DNA from: Trichosphaerium sp. ATCC 40318
Lineage: Eukaryota; Protista; Tubulinea
Direction of reading: 5' to 3'
DNA length: 64,000 nucleotides
Assembly: GCA_038496445.1 (NCBI GenBank)
Contig: JALMLS010000287.1
Coordinates: 1-64,000 of the forward strand
The position numbers and the translations under genes were made by a program. This document shows positions 35,893 to 49,981 of this stretch, piece after piece. The stretch's first letter is position 1. Every line of letters starts with the position of its first letter. The notes under the pieces were generated by a model that was given only the letters and a program-made list of their open reading frames with translations, was not told the origin of the DNA and made no database searches.

Positions 35893-37087
35893 ATGGGCGA
35901 AAAAAATAGTAAACAGGCGAAAAACACAGGTAAACCCAAAACAAGCAATTACTCTTGTTTTACAGCTTTTAACGCGACTATTCTACATACACGCGCTGTA
36001 TAGTCCTTTTTCTACGTTTGAGCCAACTGACAATCTCGTAGGCGGTGTAAACGTTGCAAAAGCACCCACAAAACCTAATCCAGAATAGTACAAGCAGTCT
36101 TACGTCAATACACGCCTAACACGCTTACCGTAGTGATTATTTCATAAAACTCCTTATCATCGGAGATCGTTGCGTTGGAAAGACTAATGTGACTATGAGA
36201 TTTGTTGATAGCACGTTTACAGAAGAATACATACCTACTTTAAAAAATGAATGGGTAAAGAATATTTGACGTATTGATCAACTTCTCCACGATTGTCCCG
36301 AATTACAATATCTTTTATGAGTGATTTGTAGTCATTTCCAGCTATATATTGAACGATCGTAGACAACAACTTTATCCAAAAACGCCAGCACACGTGCTGA
36401 TTTCATTGAAAGAACAAACACTAAATTTCAATTTGACAAAAACTAACAAAGCACACGAGTACTTTGCTAACTTTGTTTACCGAGTAGAAAGATAGAATTG
36501 TTTATATTGAGGACAAAAAGGTTAAAGTACAAGTATGGAACTGTTATAGTACGTCACCAACCCACCAACTTGTTCGGAGAAGTGGTTTTTTTTGACAAGT
36601 TGTCCAGCCACTTTTTACTGATTTTTCTTGCATCTAGAGGACAGATTTAGAACTTACAATCACAGCTGGTATAGAACACCTAAGGGTATTATCGTTATGT
36701 ATGATATTACAAACAAAGAAAGTTATGACAATGCAAAAAAGTGGCTTCAAGAAGTTGAAAGATACGCTTCTGTAGATGTCAAGATAATGGTAATTGGCAA
36801 TAAAAGTGACTTAGAAGATGAACGCCAGGTTGATTATGAAACTGCCAAGGTATAAGTTGATCTATAGTGTTAACAAACCCTATATTAACACTTTACTCAA
36901 CTTAGGAATTTACTGAGTCTCTTGACATTGAGTTCTTTGAGACGTCAGCCAAAGAAGCAAGCAATGGTACATTCTCATAAAAACATAACGTGTGGTTACT
37001 TACTTTGCGTTTTTGGTAGTTGATGAAGCACTTATTACACTAACATCGACAATAATAACAAAGATGAGCGCTGAACAAGTACAATGA
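35893..37087 (+). CDS. Atypical Rab1-derived small GTPase, 7 exons
   Basis: PEYDYFIKLLIIGDRCVGKT, RFRT, GIIVMYDITNKESYDNAKKWLQEVERYAS, GNKSDL, FFETSAK. N-terminus MGEKNSK; no C-terminal Cys. Confidence 0.88.
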
Positions 37088-37271
37088 TTTTGAGATTCTG
37101 AGACCTCCCAAGGACATACACCATACATTTCTAAAAAAAACTGGACTGTGCATGTATTCTAATTTAACACTAAACTATTTGTACTCAAATAGTCATGACC
37201 ATTAATTTATTTTTGATACATGTACTTTCATTACTTTTTGTTTACTGCAAAGTCAAGAACTTTGCAATACC

Positions 37272-38702
37272 TTAGTCGACTGAGAATACGTTGTTTAATA
37301 TAGCATTAGCACATAATCCCACAGTGAGAGATGATAGTCCATGTAGATCATTTAAAGAGGCCGCAGTTACTTTATTGCAAAGCAATAACTCCAAGTCTTC
37401 AACACCATCCAAGGAACGAATACCATCATCAGTAACACTAACATCATACAAAGTAACCTTCTTCGCACCTTGAAGGCATCGAATGCCTTCATCGCTAACG
37501 CTTGGGCAATGCTGTATACTTATTTTATACACGCCCATCAATGCTTTTAATCCTGCATTAGTCACGTGACAGTAGCCAAGACTTATTGTATGAACCCCAG
37601 ATAACGGAACAATGCCTTTGTCTGTAATGTTGGTACCAGACAAACTGATCGTATGTACACCTGCTAGAGCCTTAACACCTTTGTCAGTTACATACTCGCA
37701 CTCCCATAGTAATACGGTATGAGCGCCAGCAAGCGACTGTACTCCAATATCAGTCACGTTTGTGTGCTGTAAATCAATTTTGCTTACACCAGCCAATGCT
37801 GAAACTCCTTTGTCTGTAATCTTCAGACAATGAGATATATCGATAGTATGTACTCCAGCTAGAGATTTAAGGCCTTCATCCGTTATACGAGAACACCACC
37901 CAATGCGTATAGTATGAACTCCAGAAAGAGCATGAAGGCTGGTATCGGTAATATTGAAACAATGAAGAAGAGAAATTGAATAGACTCCCGAAAGCCATTT
38001 AATACAATCATCGTTAACTTGTTTAGAATGTGAAAGATCTATAGTATGTACACCTCTGAAACGTCTTATAACTTCCTCTGATAGGTTCATTCCAGGCATA
38101 GGAGACATTGCGCAGTATCCAGACAAATTAATATCGTATGCTCCACCAAACAATTGCAGAACATCTTCCTGTATGTTCGTGCACATTTCAAGGTTTATGT
38201 GCTTTGCTCCCGCTAATAGTTTTAGCTTGTCATCAGCAAAGCTTCTTAGTTTTGAACAATCTATGTAAGTATTCTTCAGTACACCCTTGTATTGAGAAAT
38301 CTTTGCTATGTCTTCAGCAAACGTATCTCTGAATAGAACTATTTTGTGGTAGCCCAGAAAAGAATGCACAATGTCGGCAAACAATGTACACGTTTGAGCA
38401 ACTTGGTATCGCTCTTTTGTTAATTGACCAATTATCAAAGATACCATTTCAACAGGTAGATCTAAGAGCTCTTTGGCATAATCAGAGGTCGCCTAGATAT
38501 GTTTAGAAGAAGAAAATGCAAAAAAATTCCAACAAAAGTTCAAAAAAAAAAGTAGCGGTTGAATACACGTGGATTATAGCAGGTAATATCTTGTTTTAAA
38601 ACCGCAAGGTTTACGAACACATAATAACTATGCTCTGTAGAGTCTCGAGAAAGGTTAAGAACGGGTTTTGCGCACTTTTGTGGAATCGTTTGTTTTTAGC
38701 AT
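37272..38702 (-). CDS. F-box + GVHTI-type LRR protein (one 5' intron 38493-38675)
   Basis: MLKTNDSTK|ATSDYAKELLDLPVEMVSLII...VAQTCTLF F-box, then about 13 LRRs of 21-23 aa in one exon. Confidence 0.88.
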
Positions 38703-40092
38703 TTCAAAGGACGCTGTAGTTATAAGAAGTGCGAATCTGAATAAAATACAGGGGCTTCAAACACCTTTAACTGTTACGTGCAACTCGCAAACAACTAGAA
38801 GTCAAGTCAAGGCAACGCTGAGCAAAAAGCGGCTAAAAAAGTTGCATAAATTTTATAGGCTTCAACTTGCTTATTGAGCTCTTTGATTATTACCAAGCTA
38901 TTTTCATACGCATAATTAAGCATATTGTAGCGTTTTATTTATTTTATTTTATCAGTCTGCATTTCAGCAAGAATAGAAAACACGAAAACAACACGGGAGC
39001 AGTAACAACACATGTGTGACATTGCCGTAACAAAGAGTATTTAAATCGATGACGCCAGTCTCGCTTTATTTCGGTGTTTATTCATCTACAGAATTACTAC
39101 TACGCGTGCAGTACAAGAGAAGTTCGTAAGTACTCTGTGAAGCGTCTAAAGACGAGTTTTTCACATTATTGCATTTTGCGAAAATCTCGCCGTTACTTCA
39201 ATGCTACATGAATGAAACGTCTTCATAATTTGACATGTTATACACGTGGCTTATATTTAGGTTACATCAGCCAGCAAAACCGGACGTTTCTTTCCTTCAA
39301 ACTCAAAAAAGAAATCATAAAAAATTTTTCAGATAAATCATAAAATACTTGGCTTGTAAACAACCAAATACAATCCGGTTTGTATTTAATAGTTTTACGT
39401 ATAAGATAGGTTCTGAAAATGGTAAACAGCGGAACAAACTAAAGTTTTGGTGTTTTTTTTTTTCAATATTCCAAGAGCGTGTTATTGTTTATCGAGATGT
39501 ACCCTAAAATAGCGACTGAGGTACTTTTTAGGCCATTACGCAACAATTCCTATTTTCACGAAAACGTATTTTAGAACAATCCGAAGTCCTTTCCAGTAGT
39601 TCTATTGCTACTAAAACCAACGTAATACTAAGTACACAAGCGATAGTAGTACTACCCGACTACTTTCTTGAATTCTTACCTTTGACAGCTGCCAAGCCAA
39701 ACTTCTTTTATCTATTTCTAAAAAAGCATTTGATGGTCGCTACCATAGCAAAATAGAGCGTATACGTCCATTGTTTAAACAATGCATTTTGTACTACTCG
39801 AAATATTTTCTGAATTCTCCAGTTTGGCACGCCATCGGCAATACCTCTTTTAGCCGCAATGTTCGCTCAAAATAACCCGCATTGTAATAGTTAGAGCATG
39901 ATTATATCGTAAAATGCGATTATTGTATCGAATTGAGGTTCAAGTTTGTTTTTTCGGAGTGTTTTTTATTTACAAGTGTTTTTTGGAGCTTTATACATAT
40001 GTACAATAGGTTACAGGAGAGATCCGAGTGTTTTCTGTAAGCAAGTTTTTTTCTTTTTTCCCTTCGCTTTACGCCATAGAAAAACAAACCAA

Positions 40093-40362
40093 CTATCGCA
40101 GCAAGTTTGATATCTTCATATCTTCGGAACGAGGAGAAGATTGATTTGGTACTTCAAGTGAAGGTGATAGAATAAGCCCAAAATCGGCCTTGGTGAACCC
40201 ATGGAACGCTACACCTTTGCTGCCAGATGTTTTTTGAAACCTTGGTTGAGTTTCAGTTCTTTTACTGTGAACACGCGCTCTGCTTATCATAGGTCTATGC
40301 GCTGTATCTCTAGCATTTCTTCTTGGCATTTGGTGGCTCATAGGAGTAGAAGGGTAAGACAT
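40093..40362 (-). CDS. Possible small basic/disordered protein (89 aa)
   Basis: ATG-initiated ORF in AAACATG context within otherwise AT-rich intergenic DNA; no homology recognised. Confidence 0.3.
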   Translation of the reverse strand: MSYPSTPMSHQMPRRNARDTAHRPMISRARVHSKRTETQPRFQKTSGSKGVAFHGFTKADFGLILSPSLEVPNQSSPRSEDMKISNLLR

Positions 40363-41164
40363 GTTGCTTTGGTTTTATAGTTCGAGAATTTATGAATTTA
40401 AGCAAATTTCTACCTAGTTCTAACTTTCTATAACTGGAATTTAGTCCAAATGAGTAACAACGTGTACATAGGTACTGGTAAAACCTCTTACACGCGTATA
40501 ATCGAATGAATTTAAACAGCATTTTATTTTTCATTCCAACAAAAAGATTCTAACGTAAAAAACACCTTCGTCCGAAAATGACGTTTTTTGTTTTTGTTAT
40601 TACCTAAAACACATTACAGGATGGTTTACCTGTAATAGTATAATACGTATTAAACTAAGATTACCAACAGTGTCATCAAAACGGATATTCTGTACTACAG
40701 TTCTTTGTAAAACAAGGAACACTGAAAAAAACTTGCGCTGTTTTTTTCCCTATGCAGTACACATGTATGACGTTATAAAAATCACTAAAATAGAGTCACT
40801 ATCTTAGTACAAAAAGAACACCTCTAAACGCTTTTAGAGTACAGTGTATGAAAAAAAAAAAAGTTATCGGCGAAAGCACATTTCCTTTTAGCTTAATCTT
40901 CGTAAAACCAACATAAATCAGTCCCTCACACACTAGCAAATACGTACATAACATTAAAACGACCCAATAATTTTCTAGAGATTGACCAAAAAAAAAAAGC
41001 AAAACAAGATTTTTGAGTGACATTCCTAGTTTTTATTTTCGTTGGTGTGGGTTTTATAACATGGTTAATTACAACGTGAAAGTGTAGAAAGTGGCTACAG
41101 GTAAATAGATACAGTGAAACAAGCGTAAAAGTGGCTGCGTGGTCAAGAGAACCTTCGGATTCAG

Positions 41165-43540
41165 TTATTGGTGAATGTTTGCATTTGCTGCACGTCTCTT
41201 ATCCCTTTGGCGTTTCGGACTGGCGTGTACCTAAATGTTTGAAATGAGTTAACACGTTTTTTGGTGAATCGACTTGTTGTCTTGTAAGTACAGAAAATGT
41301 TTGGGCGCTTTATTCAGGAAAAACAAAAACTACCCACGTACCGATTTATCCTTATCCTTGGTCCTACAGCGCCTTTGTTTCGCTTCTGTAATGGTTTCAA
41401 GCTCAAAAACAACAACATCGGCGATAATGCGATTGGTATTATTTATGCCACCAAACACATACCATTTTCCAGCACAAAAGCATGCAGCAGAGCCACTCCT
41501 ACAATAACTCAATCAGTAAAAAAATGTTATTTTTTTGTAGACTTGCCTGCAAACAAGTTCCAAGTCTCCCCAAGGCTTTATAACGTTCCATTTGAGCGTC
41601 GTTGTGTTTAATGTGTACAAAGTACTTACTGAACCCTGGTCTACAAGAAAAATTTAACTTAAATTTTAAACGAAACGCGAGAAGATTCAAAAAAAAGAGA
41701 AGTGGAGATCAAAGTTCCGTTTACGCGCTATCGTTTTTCGTAGATACCGCATTCCAAAACTACAAAAATACGTACCAACGCCATCCACAGTTCCATGCCA
41801 ACCACCAAAGCTATAAAACGCTTTACCAACTACGCATGAATTTAAACTACCCATAGGCCCAGGAACATCACCGCATACGTCTAGTTTTTTCCTGGCTCAG
41901 AGTCAGAGGAAAGAATGGAAAATAAAATTCTCTGTGATTTTTGTCTTTTACAACTAGTAGAGCAGGAGAGCAGGAAACACGTCAATCGAGACGCTCAAGG
42001 AACAAAGAGGAGATAAAAACCTCAAACTAATTCCGAAAAGTAAATAGTTCGTAGTTTTGATACGTACCACTCCATAGTTTTTATATTAAGCACAAAAGTA
42101 TCCCCAAATACTTGCGAACCACCTAAGGACAAATTTAGACAAAAATAAGTACTATTAAACCCGAAAAAAAACATTCTTCTCGGCCTTGTTTTCGTACCAA
42201 GGTTGCCTCCAGCATGTATTATAATCGTATCACCAGATAAAACACTTGAGGTATGTCCGGCACGAGGGCAAGGAGGTGTACCGCTAGAAACGAATAATTA
42301 AACAAATGGCAAGCACGGAACAAAAATAAACGAAAAAAAAGGACGCACAATGTTTCTGGTGCAGACCACTCCATTGTTTTCAAGTCCAAAACATGTAAAT
42401 CATTAAATAAACATGCTTCTTTCCAATTAGAGTCAAAACCACCACCTCCGAAGACGTAAACCTTATTACCAATCAATTCAGCAGTAGCCCAAGCTCTACA
42501 AAAAGGTAATTAATTAAATAACAATAATAAAAAAAACGGTCTTCAAACAAGTGTACCTGTGGCTAGGAGAGGTTCCGCGTGTCTCTGGCTTACGCCAGAC
42601 CAGCTTCTCGGTGTCCAAAATAAAAACGTCATTGTAGATCTTTTGAGGTAGTTTGGCGATATGTTGGCCACCAAAGAACATGAGTTGGTTTACATGAGGT
42701 AAAGAGATGCATGTCATGCCAGCACGACAATTTGGCGCGGTACCTAGACAAGTTAGAACGAAATCAAGATCGATAATAAAAAAAACTAATTTAACGTACC
42801 ACTAGTTAGGTCTGGTACACTGTAACGCATTGTGTGCGTGTCATACACTTGCAGCATCATTTCTTTATTACATTTATTGGTATCATCCCAACCACCAAGT
42901 ACGTAAATCCTTCCCTAATAGAAACGTCAGTAACCGTAATGGGTGGCATAAAAAAATAAAAAAGCGGATTGACGTTATTTTTTCTACTGAGGGCTTCTCA
43001 CCTTAGAATCGAAGCCTGCACACGCATAGGCACGTTTCTTAGGTAACAATTTAAGGGTAGAGTACTTTATTTGCTTGTTTTGCCAGTGTTTATGGATTTT
43101 CTGAGCTTGCAGAAATGTTTGATACCATTGCGCTACTGGGCGTATTAGCACTAGCGGGTGAGAAATGGAGTAATTCAACCAGTTTTTCTTGAAGAAGAAA
43201 ATCAAAACATTGACGTACCTTTTCCAGCAACTTCCCATACGTTGCTGTAAAGGTATTTTGTCCAAACGTCAAGGTAAAAGTGACGTAAGTAAAGGACCTT
43301 CCAGAGGGCGGAATCACGGCTGAGATCTTTCCATGCCTTACAAACCCCTGTACACTTGGTAACGTCTACGTAGTCCAGATAACTCAAAACTTGAAGTGTG
43401 ATTTCTATTGGTAATTGAAGAACAATCGTCTGTGGAGGTATATTGATGTTCCTTGATGATACCGGGAGTTGTGGAACGTCTACATTGGATGTAGCAATTT
43501 CAGTGTGCTGCGAATCAGCTTTCGCCATTGTTGTGGACAT
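41165..43540 (-). CDS. F-box + Kelch repeat protein, about 9 exons
   Basis: LQLPIEITLQVLSYLDYVDVTKCTGVCKAWKDLSRDSALW F-box; Kelch blades IYVLGGW, LMFFGGQ, VYVFGGG, WYVFGG. Confidence 0.9.
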
Positions 43541-43986
43541 AGAATGATATGTAGTACAGTATTCTTATACTACGGAATATTTAGAACCAGATCTGTTGTT
43601 TGGGATTTTACGGGGGTCAAACAGCATAATAAATGAGCAGTTTGAATTTTAATACACGACAACGCGTGTGGAAAGAAAAAAAACAAACAAACAACGTGAT
43701 GTTTTAAAATAGTCTAAATTGTATTGTTTTATATAAATTAATAGGCGTACATTGCTCCACGGTGATATGTGTACGTATCGGCGAATTGTAAACTACATTT
43801 ATATTGTTTGACTTGAAAAAAAAAAAAAGACAAAGTTTTATCGAAAAAATCATTTCAGTTTAGTTTAACATTATATTAAACATACAACACTTCTTTGTTT
43901 GGTTGTATTACGCCAGAGAACAAACAAAGCCAAGCTTGCGGTGAATAATAAGTGTAATTTATTTCTGTTTGACGTCAAATGCGCGC

Positions 43987-46900
43987 ATGACATGCTGGAG
44001 AACGACTCACTTGCTCTTGTGTAGTATATTGGTTTCAATAGGCACAATAACCGTCTCGTACGCAATTCCACGCTTTTCTGGCTTTTAACGACGCACGCAT
44101 AGCGCCTGCAATTGTTATGTGTCCAATAATGCCACCGTGGCATTAGGGGAGGGTAGTATCAACGCACCTTTTAAAACAGTAGCACAATGCGTAGCAGATG
44201 GAGGTACGAAGAGTATTTAGCCATTTGTAGGCGTTTGTGTTAAACAATCACCAGGTACTCACATTTGTCTGCTTGCTGGCATTTACAACGAACACGTAAC
44301 TATCCCTGCCTCTCTAAAATTGGAGGGTATAGGCCAGGTTAGCCTTACAGCTGGTTTAGAAGGTCAGTACAGCTTTTCTTGTTTTTTGAAGTTTCGCCAA
44401 AAAAAAAGTTTTGTTCCTTTCTTGTTTTACCCTTTTTGAGATTTGTTTTATACACATAATATTGCGTAAGGTCATACATATAGACTATGTTTTCCAATTT
44501 TGATAATTTCTTCTGTATCTGTCATGAGCGGATAATCTTTTTGACGAGTTCTCTTAGTGATAGGTAGTGATACAGAATACAATAGCTTCCATTTTATAAA
44601 CCTCCAATTTGTTGGAGAAGACTCTCTAAAGGTTCAAGATCCTATATTCTGGGTACACGCAAGTGATGTAAATAAGCAATTAGAGGTCCACCAGTCCACG
44701 ATTGAAAAGTAAGCTGATTTTTCATTTAACTTATTTTGCAGAAATTATGCAAAAAAACAGACTCTGTTGTTTACTGTTCCTTGAGGAACTTGTATCTTAC
44801 TATTGTTCCCTAGTTGCAAGTTTATATTACGACATGCGTGGGGGAGTGCGTTTGTTCTATTCCAAAATGTTGTTGGAGCACCTACAGGCGGTCAAATGAT
44901 AAACTTAGAGATAAAGTGCCGATAATTTTTCACTGTGAACAAAGTCTTAATTCTCAAATGTTAGGGATTCGTATTTCTTAAATTATGGCTATAAAATGGG
45001 TACTTGGCCTATGGCTTTCTTTACATCCACTACAAAAGATTCAACAGACCCAAGACAATCCATAATCAAATTTTCTCGTGTCACGTGTACGCATTATTTT
45101 TTTCTTCATTTTTTTTTTTGACACGAGCTTGTTTTCAACTTTTGGATTTATAAACTTCTATGGAATACTATAGCATTAAATATGTGGTTTTTTTCTGATT
45201 TAATTTAAATCAAAGCGTACAGGGTCTAGATCAGATTTTTTGGCTTGGTCTACCTTATCCCAAGTCCTTCTTTTCTCGTGGTGAAAATAAGTTCAACTTG
45301 TTTTTTCGTTTCACACATACTGTACTAATACAATCTGTATAGTGGCTTGTAAAGGGGCTAATAACACTGATTGTAAAAGCGAGATGATCATTACAGGAAG
45401 AAAATTCTCTTTGGATCAAGTGTCAGCTGAAGCAGGTGGATATATTACTATATCAAACTCAGAAGAAGTTCACGTTACATCGAGTAACTTTACAGGAGGT
45501 GTAAGTCCAGGAGAGAAATATTCGCCAAACCTTTTTCTTTCTTCTTTCCAACGAGGTTTTCTCTCATTCTGTACCGTTATACCCTTTGGCACCTATTACA
45601 TAATATTGCCAGCATGTATTAGAACGTATCTAGATCGGTTTAATGAGTTATAGGGGCTATGGTTTATGTCAGTTGACGGCGCTTCTATTAGAAACTCTAC
45701 TTTCGTTCGTAGTAGAGTTTATAGTGGTGATCCTACTCTTTTTCGTCCATATGGATTGGTTATTGGAGCATCAGCTTTTACAGAGAGCAAGAAATTATGT
45801 TATCTTGATATAGAGTACAATACTTTTGCTGACAATGTACGAACACTTTTGTTTTCTTCAACATGTTGTTAGTCTGAAGTTCGATTTAGATAACAACTGA
45901 CCGTCCTAAATTTGGTGTGCTCACCACCTTCCCACATCCATTGACAGACCCAGATAATCGTACTGTTGTATGTGAACTACATTCGCCCTTATTAGCATAC
46001 AAACCATACAATTGTTGTTTGATGAAATTGATTAATTTTGTGATTAATAGGGTAATGTAAGAATTGGTTATAATGATTTTTCTGGTGTACGTGAAGACTC
46101 ATTTGCTATTACCAATACATACAAATTTGTATACATCAATGCAAGTAAGTATTTTGTTGAAGTTTACTTGGTATCTAATTAACGTGAAAAATTAGCCTTA
46201 AACTGGTTCGGCTCTGCGAAAGGACCAACTTATGACTGTCATGTTGGTGGACCAAGAATTTCGCTAGTCGATGTGAGGTACATCATTCTTTGAACAAATA
46301 AAATGTGACGTTGTTTTTTTTTCTTTTAACTTTATGAATTCAGTCCGTGGTGTGGCGATGACAGTTGCGATTCAGTTATCTTTGCTCCTCCTTGTGGGAA
46401 TGACCAAGATTTACCTTGGCTTGTTATGAGCGTAATGACAGGAATAGCTCTGTTTCTTGTGTACGTAAATAAGAGATGCAACAGTTTTTGTAAAAATTTT
46501 TTCACAAAGATTTTTGTGCTTTTGCTGACTCTTTATAGTATCACTATCTCTGTGCTTTGGGTAGCTTTGGGACGCAGAGTTCGTGTTGGTGTACCAATAA
46601 TGACTGAGTCATCTTCTTTGTTGTACTCTGATCCAATGTACGGTTTTCCTTCTGTTTTTTTTTTCCTGTTCGTTGCTAATGGTTACTGTTAGTTTATCAG
46701 ATCTAGAAGAGCTTTTGGAAAGATTATCATTAACAGTTATAGATAAGAGCGACTTGGAAATGTTTGGTAAGTACAGCTTTTGTTGAACGTGCAAGCTTCT
46801 GCCTTCATGTTCACTGACATTTTCCTTTTTTTTTTTGTCTTTTTTTTGTTCAACTCTCTGATTGTTGTGTTGTAGATGTTATTGGTAATGGATCGTTTGG

Positions 46901-48184
46901 GAATGTATATAAAGGGTATTGGAGAAGTAGAGACATCACCGTCGCTGTAAAGAAAGTGGGTATTATAGGCACAACAAGATCAGACAAGCAATTTTTCCGA
47001 GAGATTAAAATCATGGCTGGATTAAATCATCCAAATATTATCTCCCTTGTGGTACTACTATTCTTTCTTTCCATCAATATATTCTTTTAGACTAATCTCA
47101 ACAAAAATCAATAGGGCGTTTGCTTGACTGACACTGGATCTACGTTACTAGTATTGGAGTTCATGAGCCAAGGTAGTTTGGCTGATATTATTCATAAGAA
47201 AAAACATCGCCTACAGTACTCCCAGATCCTTCGTATAGCTCAGGATATAGCTTATGGAATGCATTACTTACATAGTATAACGCCAAAGGTTGTGCATCGC
47301 GATTTGAAACCTGACATATCCTTTAAAAAGACCTTAAACTTCTTACCTTTTTTTGCCTGTAAGATTTACCTTGACTTTTCGTACAACATACTCCTTGATG
47401 ATACTGGCGCTGCTAAAGTTGGTGATTTCGGTATAAGTAGAGCGCTTAAGAAGAGGTCTAAAACAATGAAAATACGTGGAACACCTGATTATATGGCTCC
47501 AGAGTCGATTGCTTCTTCAAAGTTTTCAGAAAAATCTGATGTTTACAGTTATGGCATGATTCTTTGGTACGAACTGCTGCTCTGGTCCTTTCTTTTTTTT
47601 CCCCTCGAGTTAGTTCATGTTGGTTGTTCTTTTGTTGATATTAGTTATAGGGAGCTATTTGCACATGAGAGGCCGTTTACAGAGTATAAGGATCCTATAC
47701 AAGTTATGTTTCTTGTTTCAAGAGAAGGACTTAAACCAGAAATGGGTGATGATTGGCCACCTAATTATAGACAACTTATACTCGATTGTCTTGATTCTAG
47801 TACGTCTAATATAGATAATTCAATACAATTTTCGCTTTTATTGTGTAAAAAGAGGGCAGAGCATTAAGTGAGATGTCTGTTGTGTCTTTTTTTTTCTTCG
47901 CTTTTTGGAAGTTTTTTGTTTTCTCTTTGTTTGTTTCTTCGTTGTCTACCTTTTACACCTCTTGACAACTGTTACTGTGGATGTTGTGTTTGTGTACTGA
48001 TATATTCTTTTTAGAGCCTACAGTGAGACCTTCATTTAAAACAATCATTGACAGGTTAAAAACAATAGATGCAATTGATAACCAAAACCGATTTTTTACA
48101 GATTCTAGTAATAATAATATCTCAAATCCTTCTTCGTTAAAGAGTGATATTGAACCTACACTAGAGTCACAATTAATACAATAA
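43987..48184 (+). CDS. Receptor-like TKL kinase: signal peptide, pectin-lyase-like beta-helix ectodomain, TM, kinase
   Basis: Leader then YVSNN...GEGSINAPFKTV and INASLNWFGSAKGP (beta-helix caps); TM WLVMSVMTGIALFLV|ITISVLWVAL; GNGSFGNVYKG, VAVKK, HRDLKPD|NILL, DFG, GTPDYMAPE, SDVYSYG. Confidence 0.88.
47316..47384 (+). other. U12-type (minor spliceosome) AT-AC intron
   Basis: 5' ATATCCTTT, branch ACCTTGAC at 47368-75, 3' ...GTAC. Removal restores HRDLKPD|NILLDD. Confidence 0.92.
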
Positions 48185-48410
48185 AAATAAATAGTGTATA
48201 AATTAATCATGTCTAACCCAGTCATTATCTTAGTACCTATTCATAACACGTGTTAAAAATAGCATCTTTGCAAGTCAGGAAGGAATCCTTTTTGATTTTT
48301 TATGTGTACATACATGACGCAACCTTTGTAAGGGCGTGGAAAAACTAATATCCCGTCTTTCACTGTGAAATACTGTACACTGAAATGTCTTTTAGCAGTA
48401 ACGTAATACC

Positions 48411-49981
48411 ATGGCAACGACAGTTGATGTTTCGCCAACTCCAACACCAAAAATCAAGAAGAAAAAGAAAGCGAAGGGAAACAAAAGTCCTGACACTTAC
48501 GAGGTGAATTAATTGCTTTGTAGTATTGTCTAACGTTTGTATAGCAACAAAAGCTTGGCGAATTCCCTCAAGGAGGGCTTTCAAATGAACTCTTCCCACA
48601 TGAGCTCAAAGCGCTCGGAGATGTCAAAAACTTGCTTACAGATAGTATATTATCCGTTATAAATGATCGGTAATGCCATTCACTTTAAATCTCGATGTCA
48701 ATGCTGATATTTCAAAAAAAAGGATGTTGGTGGCTATGTTGTTCTCGAGGAAATTCGACATGGACAGAACTGTTAAATTTGCGAAAGAATTTTATAACGT
48801 AAAGCAAAAAAAAAATCAAACACGTGTTTGCAGTGAAACCAAACGTTTTTCCGTTTTTTTTGTGTCACAGAAATCGAGCTGGTTTTTTCACTTATGTACT
48901 TGCAGTGGTCACAAAGTGACGAGAGAGTAAATAGGAGTATGGTAATTGAAGGATCTTCTAAAGAAGCAAGACTTACAGGACCATTACTGAGTGTTCCAGG
49001 TATATTTTTTGTGTTTGCTGTTTTAGTTTTTCTTGGTGTTTAACCTTATCGCAAAGGGGCAAGAACAATCGAAGGGTATGCAATTCTGTACAATAGAATG
49101 TCCCTCTATGATCCTTCAGGCGACAAAGAAGATTTTATAGACTGGATTGTGAGTAACAAACGAACGAGAAAAATGTTCCAATACACAACACTAACATGTT
49201 ATGTTGTAGGCTACTATTCACCTTCTATCATTTACTTCTGAAGGGTACATTTGTATAATCAAATAGTCAGGTTTTAAACTATGAAGAGTGTTTACTTTAA
49301 ATGATTCTTTGATCATAGCGTTTGATAAAGTGAACATAGAGTTTTTGATGTTTACTTTTTAGGATGGATTATCATCGTAATGGTATATGTGTTGTGGTTG
49401 ATATGAAAGGTATGACGTGGGATCACTTTGATCCTGAAACACGTAAGAAAGCATCACAATTAGTTGATAATAAGCTCCCTTGTCGTCTTAAAAGGTTACT
49501 AGTACGTTGAATTTCTTCTAGCATGACTTACGTAGTGCTTCCAGTATTCTTACAATTTTCTTCAAGGTGCTTAATCCTCCAGTATTTTTAAGTGCTTTGA
49601 TGGCTATTGCTCGTCTCTTCGTCAAATCCAAAATACTTCAAAGAGTGCGTTTAAATAATATACCACATCAGAAACGAAAACAGGTGGCTATTTATTGCGC
49701 CAGTAACACGAGAATTTTAGGTGAGAATGTTAAGTTCGGAAGCAGATTTGTTAAAGTACATTGATAAAGATCAACTTCATGAATCCTATGGCGGTGATGT
49801 ATCCTATACAAACCAGGCACAATATATTTATTCATTACTAAACTAAGTCTAATTTTGGTTGTAGCAATGGTTTGATCATATTGTTGAAGCCAAAAAGCGA
49901 CTTATCAAAAAACCTAAAAAAAAGAATGTGAAGAATATCCAGAAGAAAAAAAAAGCCACAACAAAAGAAAACGTAAATTAA
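48411..49981 (+). CDS. CRAL-TRIO/Sec14-like lipid-binding protein with Lys-rich termini
   Basis: MLFSRKFDMDRT, GICVVVDMKGMTWDHF, LPCRLKR, LNPPVFLSALMAIARLFVKSKILQRV, IDKDQLHESYGG. Confidence 0.88.

Noticed and set aside
31800-38700. Endogenous giant-virus or Polinton insertion
   Set aside because: No capsid, family B polymerase, packaging ATPase or integrase was recognised, and an intron-rich Rab gene lies within the region.
39580-39870. Tyrosine-recombinase-like fragment (AAKRGIADGVPNWRIQKI) on the minus strand
   Set aside because: No HSxR, GRW or catalytic Tyr context; the resemblance is too short to support.
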